A DNA stretch of 30,486 nucleotides from Acidobacteriota bacterium (lineage in GTDB: Bacteria > Acidobacteriota > UBA6911 > JACQSX01), in NCBI GenBank assembly GCA_036507075.1, contig DASXQR010000178.1, forward strand, positions 1-30,486, in the 5' to 3' direction. Both the position numbers and the translations under genes were made by a program. This document shows, one piece after another, positions 24,955 to 30,486 of this stretch. Below the pieces are notes generated by a model that worked only from the letters and a program-made list of their open reading frames with translations, was not told the origin of the DNA and searched no databases. The stretch's first letter is position 1. Each line of letters begins with the position of its first letter.

Positions 24955-25012
24955 TGATTGTTTACCATGACATTGATTCCCGCTGGTTCAGCCGATATAA
25001 TTTGACCCCCAC

Positions 25013-25246
25013 GGAGATACCGCGTGCTTCGAATCGGCCAAAGATATTTCCCGCCACGCCTGGCGCGTCTACAGCCTCGACAAAAACACGGGTCGTATCA
25101 TCTGGCAGCGAACCGCACACGAGGGTGTCCCCAAAACCAAACGCCACCCAACCTCCAGCCTGGCCAACCAAACTCCGGCCACCGACGGCAAGCATCTGGT
25201 GGCGTTCTTCGGTTCTGAAGGCCTGTATACCTACGATCACGAAGGA
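25013..25246 (+). pseudogene. Internal fragment of a PQQ-like (BamB-type) beta-propeller protein
   Basis: Frame absent from the ORF track: HAWRVYSLDKNTGRIIWQRTAHEGVPKTKRHPTSSLANQTPATDGKHLVAFFGSEGLYTYDHEG; in-frame TAA at 24998-25000 and no start codon. Confidence 0.85.
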
Positions 25247-25408
25247 GTGAAATCCCCTAGGGTTACGGCAAGCTGTATTCGAAATCGTAAGGATGCAATT
25301 TGTTCAAATTTGCTCCGTGCATTCTACCGAAGGTAATAAAAAATTCTCCCCTCGGAAAGGCAGAGTCTATCCTCGGCTTCTGGGCGCTGGCGGACGCTTT
25401 CCTCCCAA

Positions 25409-28400
25409 TCAGAAGACGAACTTGAATCCTAACTGGATGATGCGCGGATCGCTCGCGGTGTTTACAGTTCCAAAACGCGATGGCGTGCGGCGCGGGTCTC
25501 CGATGGGTGCGTCCAACGGAACTTCCGAGGGTATTACTGCGACCGGGGCTCCGAAGGTCGGGTGGTTCGCCAGATTAAAGAACTCGGCGCGGAACTGAAA
25601 GTATCTTTCCGAGATCTGGAAATTCTTCAACAGCGCAAGGTCGAGCGATTGAGTGCTGTCGGACCGAAGGGTGTTTCGTCCCAGCGCGCCAAACGTGCCC
25701 GTCGCCGGCAGCGTGTAGGGACGAGTGTCGAACCACTGATCGAGCCGGTGGCCGGTGAACTCGTTCGGCACCTCACGGACGTTGGGACGCTGTCCGCCGC
25801 TGCGCCCGGTATTTGCGCGGTCGCTGTTGATCGAGACAGTAAACGGCAGTCCCGACTGCAGCGTAAGGATGCCGCTCGCCTCCCATCCGCCGGCGACCGT
25901 ACGCAGCAGCTGTGATGACGCGTTGCGCGCCACGGGCAGTTGCCATGTCCAGGAACCGACGAACCGGTGCGGGATGTCATTGTCCGACAGCCCGCGGTTA
26001 TTCCGCAGGTCGTACTGGTTGGGAGAGCCGCCGAGCGCGTTGCTGGCGTTATCAATAGACTTCGACCAGACGTAGCTGGCGAGAAAACTCAGTCCCGCGG
26101 AGAGGCGTTTTTCCAGCTTTGTCTGGAATGCGTGATACACAGAATGCGCGTCAAAATCGCCGCGCGCGCTGGCGCCGAAACGCGGATATGGCCGGCGCGC
26201 CTGCGCGCATGCCGTGGTCGAAGCCGGACAGTCATTGAAGTTCTGATTGATCTCAAGGCGCGTTCCCTTCTGCCCGATGTAGCCCACTTCGGCGGCCATG
26301 TTCCAGGGCAGCGCCCGCTGGATGCTGAAGTTCCATTGCTGTGCGTATGAGTTCCGCAGATTCACCTGGCTGGTGAGCAGCGTCGGAAATCCGCCGCCGA
26401 TCGCGGCCTCACTTCCGCCAAATGGATCCGCAAACGTCCGGGTGATGCGCCCTCCGGTCGGAAGAGACTCGTCCTCGTTCCAGACAAACGGCGGAACCTT
26501 GGCGTAGCTGTTGGGGAAATTCGTGTCCGCGAATTCAAAAAAGATGCCGTAAGCGGCGCGTATCACCATCGAGTCGGCGCCGAAAGGCCGCCAGGCAAGA
26601 CCCAGCCTGGGAGACCAGTCGTTGCGATCCGGCGGGCGCACAGAAACCGGCAGGCGGCGCTGTTCCGAGGTTTCAATGATGTCGGCGTAGCGCGGATATA
26701 TGATCCGTGAAACCTGTTGCGCGGCCAGGTCGACATTCCCATTCTGGCTCGCCACGATGATGTGCCCGTTGGAAAAATCGAAGGCGCTCATCTGATTGCG
26801 AATACCCTTGTAGAACGGGTTTTGCTCCCAGCGAAGGCCCAGGTTCAGGGTCAGGTTGCGCGTCGTCTTCCAGTCATCCTGAAAATAGATTCCCCAGAAG
26901 TCGTCGTACACGCCAAACAAGTCGAGCGGATAAGCGCGGCGAACGCGACGGATCGCGCCCAGAAGGAAGTCGGCAAACGCGTCGCCGGTGAAATTGCCAT
27001 TGAAGAAGAACTCGCCCTGGGCGCGGTTGCCGACCACGAATGTGGCCTTCTGGTGGCGCCATTCGAAGCCGGTCTTCATACTGTGCGAGCCGCGGATGAC
27101 GGTGAAGTTGTCATTCACCTGCCAATGATCGATGCGGTTGCGCTTGGGCCGCTGGTCCTGGGCCAGGCCGAGCAACTGTACATAGCCCGACTCGATGAGC
27201 ACATCGGGAAAGGCGGGATACGCGCCGGCCGTATTCGCGAACCCGCGGATACCGGCCGCAGCAGTGTGATCCGTTCCTTCGCCGACGGGCCGGAAGAAGA
27301 GATGCGAACGGTTGTATCCGACGCGAAACTCATTGAGCGTGCCGCTGCCGAGGATGCGCGTATAGCCGAGAGCTGCGTTCTGTGCGCGTACCCGCAGCGG
27401 AGGATAGTCTCCCAGAAGAGGGGAGTCAGTCGGATCGGTCTGGCGCAGGTCCATGTGGCTGTAGCGCGCAAACAGCATGTTGCGGGAATTGAAATTGGTA
27501 TCGGACCGCAGGTTGTAATTGTTCTGCCAGACTCGCTGCACCGGATTGAACACAAAAGCGGGCCTGCCCGAGCTGTCCACGCTGTTCGCCGTCGGGATGA
27601 ACCGAAGGAAATAAAGCGCGGGCGTCGACATGCGCCCGCTCGGAATGGTGTTGTTGGGGAATGCGGCGCGGTTGTTTTCCGGATCATTGATGCGGAAGGG
27701 GAATACACCGCGTTTCATCTCCTCGGTGGGGGCGCGCAGGTTGCGAGTGTCCGCGCGGTGCTGGCGCGTCCCTTCCATGTTGGCAAAGAAAAATGTCCGG
27801 TCGCGCACAATCGGTCCGCCGAGCGTGCCGCCGAACTGATGCCGCGTGAGTTCACCTTTATTCTGGGCGAAGAAATTCCGCGCGGCCCAACTGTCATCGC
27901 GGACAAACTCAAACGCGGTGCCGTGGAAGCTGTTCGTTCCGGATTTGATCGTGGTCAGAATATTCCCTCCGCTGCGGCCGTATTCGGCAGGGATATTCGC
28001 CGTCTGCACCTTAAATTCCTGCACCGCGTCGACCGAAGGGCTCAGGTAAGTTCCTCCAAACTGCGTTTCCGTGATGTCGATTCCGTCCAGATAAAAAGCG
28101 GTTTTGCGCGCGCGCGTGCCGCCCAGATAGACGGACACGAAGTTGGACCGCGTGCTTGGACCCGCCGGCAGGAAGATGGCACCCGGCGTGAGCGCAGCAA
28201 GCTGGTAGAAGTTCCGCCCGTTCAACGGCATGTTCACGATCGCCTCGTTCTGGACCACCTGTCCGACCACGGACTGCTCGGTGTTCAGCAGCGACGCAGA
28301 CTCCGCCTCTACATTTACGGTCTGAGCGACCTCTCCCACGCGAAGCTTTACATCCAACCGCGTGCGTTGACCGACGCGCAGGACGACCTGGTACGTCTCG

Positions 28401-28654
28401 GGAGTAAAGCCGGGCATCTCAACGCGGAGCGTGTACGGACCGATGGCCAAGGCAGGAATTTCGTAGTTGCCGCCTTCGTCGCTCATCACCGAGCGAGACG
28501 CGGCGGTTTCGCTGTGGGCGACGGTAATATGCGCGCCGGGGACGGCCGCCGATTGCGGATCGGTGACCGTACCCAGCAGCGTCGCGGTCGCAGTCTGGGC
28601 CAGGGAAATCGAGGGAGTGACGAGCAGAAGCAGAAGCAGAAATCGCAGTTTCAT
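25409..28654 (-). CDS. TonB-dependent receptor with carboxypeptidase-regulatory-like domain
   Basis: Signal peptide MKLRFLLLLLLVTPSISLA with AAAGGA RBS; MPLNGRNF, PSVDAVQEFKV, KSGTNSFHG, WSPRLGLAWRP, C-terminal GFKFVF. Confidence 0.95.
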   Translation of the reverse strand: MKLRFLLLLLLVTPSISLAQTATATLLGTVTDPQSAAVPGAHITVAHSETAASRSVMSDEGGNYEIPALAIGPYTLRVEMPGFTPETYQVVLRVGQRTRLDVKLRVGEVAQTVNVEAESASLLNTEQSVVGQVVQNEAIVNMPLNGRNFYQLAALTPGAIFLPAGPSTRSNFVSVYLGGTRARKTAFYLDGIDITETQFGGTYLSPSVDAVQEFKVQTANIPAEYGRSGGNILTTIKSGTNSFHGTAFEFVRDDSWAARNFFAQNKGELTRHQFGGTLGGPIVRDRTFFFANMEGTRQHRADTRNLRAPTEEMKRGVFPFRINDPENNRAAFPNNTIPSGRMSTPALYFLRFIPTANSVDSSGRPAFVFNPVQRVWQNNYNLRSDTNFNSRNMLFARYSHMDLRQTDPTDSPLLGDYPPLRVRAQNAALGYTRILGSGTLNEFRVGYNRSHLFFRPVGEGTDHTAAAGIRGFANTAGAYPAFPDVLIESGYVQLLGLAQDQRPKRNRIDHWQVNDNFTVIRGSHSMKTGFEWRHQKATFVVGNRAQGEFFFNGNFTGDAFADFLLGAIRRVRRAYPLDLFGVYDDFWGIYFQDDWKTTRNLTLNLGLRWEQNPFYKGIRNQMSAFDFSNGHIIVASQNGNVDLAAQQVSRIIYPRYADIIETSEQRRLPVSVRPPDRNDWSPRLGLAWRPFGADSMVIRAAYGIFFEFADTNFPNSYAKVPPFVWNEDESLPTGGRITRTFADPFGGSEAAIGGGFPTLLTSQVNLRNSYAQQWNFSIQRALPWNMAAEVGYIGQKGTRLEINQNFNDCPASTTACAQARRPYPRFGASARGDFDAHSVYHAFQTKLEKRLSAGLSFLASYVWSKSIDNASNALGGSPNQYDLRNNRGLSDNDIPHRFVGSWTWQLPVARNASSQLLRTVAGGWEASGILTLQSGLPFTVSINSDRANTGRSGGQRPNVREVPNEFTGHRLDQWFDTRPYTLPATGTFGALGRNTLRSDSTQSLDLALLKNFQISERYFQFRAEFFNLANHPTFGAPVAVIPSEVPLDAPIGDPRRTPSRFGTVNTASDPRIIQLGFKFVF

Positions 28655-28749
28655 CGCGAGATCCTTTCGGAAACGTTGATGTCCAAGATGCACCACTGCT
28701 CCAAACATGTCAACGGGATACAGTGTGCTATGCTGGCGGGCGGAAAGCA

Positions 28750-28799
28750 GGCCACGAATTTCGGCCACGAATTTCGGCCACGAATTTCACGAAATCATT
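28750..28799 (+). repeat. Single CACGAATTT-family arm ((GGCCACGAATTTC)3)
   Basis: Shares CACGAATTTCACGAAATCATT with 18060-18080; no mirror arm seen. Confidence 0.8.
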
Positions 28800-28897
28800 A
28801 CCCGCCACAGGAACGCCCATGATACTGACTGCACAGACAAAGGCAGTGGCGACAGCTAGAAGGACAGTGCCCCATCTCCGCTATTGGATCGTCTCGC

Positions 28898-28931
28898 TGG
28901 ACGGCTTTGAAAAACTTTGCCAAAAAACAAG
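28898..28931 (+). repeat. Dispersed AT-rich motif, copy 3
   Basis: Near-identical to 17-51. Confidence 0.85.
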
Positions 28932-28944
28932 TACCTAACGGAAG

Positions 28945-28981
28945 TTGAAAAGGTAGCTAGTGTAGCTATATAATGTGGCTA
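28945..28981 (+). promoter_or_regulatory. Sigma70-type promoter and probable autoregulatory operator of the TA operon
   Basis: TTGAAA (28945-50), 18 nt, TATAAT (28969-74); GTAGCTA, GTAGCTA and GTGGCTA boxes overlap it; ATG 8 nt after the -10 with no SD. Confidence 0.7.
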
Positions 28982-28982
28982 T

Positions 28983-29264
28983 ATGGGCAGAAAGGATCAG
29001 GTAGGGATTAAGGAACTCAAAGACAGTGCGTCGGCCGTCATTAACAATGTTATTAAGAGCAGACGGCCGGTGACCATTACAAGAAACAACCGGGAAGTGG
29101 CGAAGATTATCCCGTCAGAACAAGACCTGTATACCCGACTGGCTGATTCCGGCCTGATTGGCAGCCGACCGAAATTGGGCTGGAAGTCGCTGCGATTGGA
29201 AAGGATCGGAAAGAGTTCGTTACCAGCCGTTCAGAGCATTGGCTTGGATCGTGAGCAAAGATGA
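28983..29264 (+). CDS. vapB: Phd/YefM-family antitoxin (VapB-type)
   Basis: VGIKELKDSASAVINNV..RPVTITRNNREVAKIIP; ATGA overlap with the PIN toxin. Confidence 0.9.
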   Translation: MGRKDQVGIKELKDSASAVINNVIKSRRPVTITRNNREVAKIIPSEQDLYTRLADSGLIGSRPKLGWKSLRLERIGKSSLPAVQSIGLDREQR

Positions 29265-29713
29265 ATTATCTCTACGTGGATGCCTCGACTCTGGTGTCTA
29301 TTGCTTTGAATGATCCAGCACGGGCGCCTAAGGCGTTAAAGCACATCTCTAAATACGATGAAGTGATGACCAGCGATCTTTCCCGCGTTGAATGCCAGGC
29401 GGGACTTTCTTCGCAGCTTTCCAACCACCCTGATCTTCTGGTGGCGGCAGAACAGAACATGAACCGGGTCCTCAACAGGTTGATGGTCCTGAACATCGCC
29501 ACCAGTGTCGTGGACATGGCAAGAACATTGATAAGGCGACATCGGGTGAGTATCGGTTTGCGGAGTGCCGATGCCATTCATCTGGCATCGGCAAATGAAT
29601 TCAGGCAAGCGGTGGGCCTCACGAATGACCTTCATCTGGAATACCTCACATCGGACAGAAAGCAGCACCAGGCATTCACGGCGGAGGGATTCGAGGGGTT
29701 ATTCCTTCAGTGA
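29261..29713 (+). CDS. vapC: PIN-domain toxin (VapC)
   Basis: YVDASTLV, SDLSRVE, LRSADAIHLASA, LTSDRK acidic active-site motifs. Confidence 0.92.
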   Translation: MNYLYVDASTLVSIALNDPARAPKALKHISKYDEVMTSDLSRVECQAGLSSQLSNHPDLLVAAEQNMNRVLNRLMVLNIATSVVDMARTLIRRHRVSIGLRSADAIHLASANEFRQAVGLTNDLHLEYLTSDRKQHQAFTAEGFEGLFLQ

Positions 29714-29764
29714 GCGCCAATTGTCAGAGGATGCCGTTCCCTTCCAAGGAAAAGGTGCGCCCCT

Positions 29765-30358
29765 GTGACACCGAAAGCAAGAACCACGCCGATGCCGGCC
29801 ACAGCCGGGTTTGCTAAGGTTCCTCTATTCGTTTGCCACGCAAATTGTTGCCGTTCGGCGATGGCCAAATATTTGTACGAAGGGATGTTTGCGGGATCGG
29901 AAGCGCTTTCAGCCGGTATTGAGGTCGGCGAGCAGATTAATGATCGTGCCCTGGCAATGCTGCGCCACTGGGGAGTTGACGGCAGCGCGCATCAGCCGCG
30001 ACGTCTGACGCGTGAGCTATGCGATACCGCCGGCTCAATTTTTCTGATGTCTCCCGAGTACCTGGATCGACTTTTGCAAATCCATGGACGCGATTTGGCC
30101 TCCAAAGCTTACTTGTTCGCCGATCCGTTCAGTGTTCCGGAGTCTTTCGGCAACGGCGGGTACTCTGTATATGATCCGTCGTTTGAAAACAGACCAGTAG
30201 AAGATCTGGCGCAGGAGTTCGACTGGTTTCGCCGGCGCGTTGTCGAAATACACGCCGCACTGGCAAGCGGCGGACGAGTGCTTGTACCCGCCAACCGTTA
30301 CATTCATCTGTTGCTCGAGTCAAAAAGCTTGAACATCGAAGGACGCGAAGAACACTAA
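29765..30358 (+). CDS. Low-molecular-weight phosphatase family protein (LMW-PTP/ArsC fold)
   Basis: P-loop LFVCHANCCRSAMA, SAG, HQPRRLT, VYDP; start GTG 29765 or ATG 29792. Confidence 0.88.
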   Translation: MTPKARTTPMPATAGFAKVPLFVCHANCCRSAMAKYLYEGMFAGSEALSAGIEVGEQINDRALAMLRHWGVDGSAHQPRRLTRELCDTAGSIFLMSPEYLDRLLQIHGRDLASKAYLFADPFSVPESFGNGGYSVYDPSFENRPVEDLAQEFDWFRRRVVEIHAALASGGRVLVPANRYIHLLLESKSLNIEGREEH

Positions 30359-30396
30359 GAGTCTAAGGAGCTACCCTCAAGGGTTAGCGCGTTTTT

Positions 30397-30423
30397 CACC
30401 ACAAAGACACAAAGGACACAAAG
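30397..30423 (+). repeat. Single CACAAAG-family arm
   Basis: CACCACAAAGACACAAAGGACACAAAG; a mirror arm may lie beyond the window. Confidence 0.7.
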
Positions 30424-30486
30424 CGGACGAGGGGCGGGCAGAGTCCGGTCACCTCAAAACACGCCGCAACACCTCACTTTGAGGCC

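Noticed and set aside
24951..25250. 99-aa (+) and 92-aa (-) ORFs from the track
   Set aside because: The meaningful coding signal is in another frame (beta-propeller fragment).
26717..28822. 701-aa plus-strand ORF
   Set aside because: Antisense shadow of the GC-rich TonB receptor gene; no recognisable motifs.
17..28931. attL/attR pair bounding a 29-kb genomic island
   Set aside because: No integrase or tRNA target, and a third inverted copy at 21516 indicates a dispersed repeat.

Overview
GC-rich bacterial chromosomal window, most likely Acidobacteriota. This is inferred from two large signal-peptide + carboxypeptidase-regulatory-like TonB-dependent receptors and a Planctomycete-type four-gene operon (cytochrome c/WD40, PPC-domain, DUF1549/DUF1553, DUF1501). 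Other genes: a Hanks Ser/Thr kinase, a cholesterol-oxidase-like GMC oxidoreductase, an XRE regulator, a hybrid histidine kinase with a degenerate ATP-binding domain, a Phd/YefM-PIN (vapBC-type) TA pair plus a truncated second antitoxin, and an LMW phosphatase. Three highlights. (1) An unannotated 53-aa signal-peptide-like ORF ending CCGGD-P8-KGP sits head-to-head with a 7-TM membrane protein and its coupled partner, next to an XRE regulator: a candidate peptide-signalling system. (2) A 276-bp symmetric REP-filled MITE is inserted in frame inside the signal peptide of the DUF1549 gene. (3) Most intergenic gaps hold inverted elements built from 6-9-nt tandem repeats of several sequence families, some nested. 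No rRNA, tRNA, CRISPR array, transposase or integrase was seen. All family assignments are by eye, without database searches.
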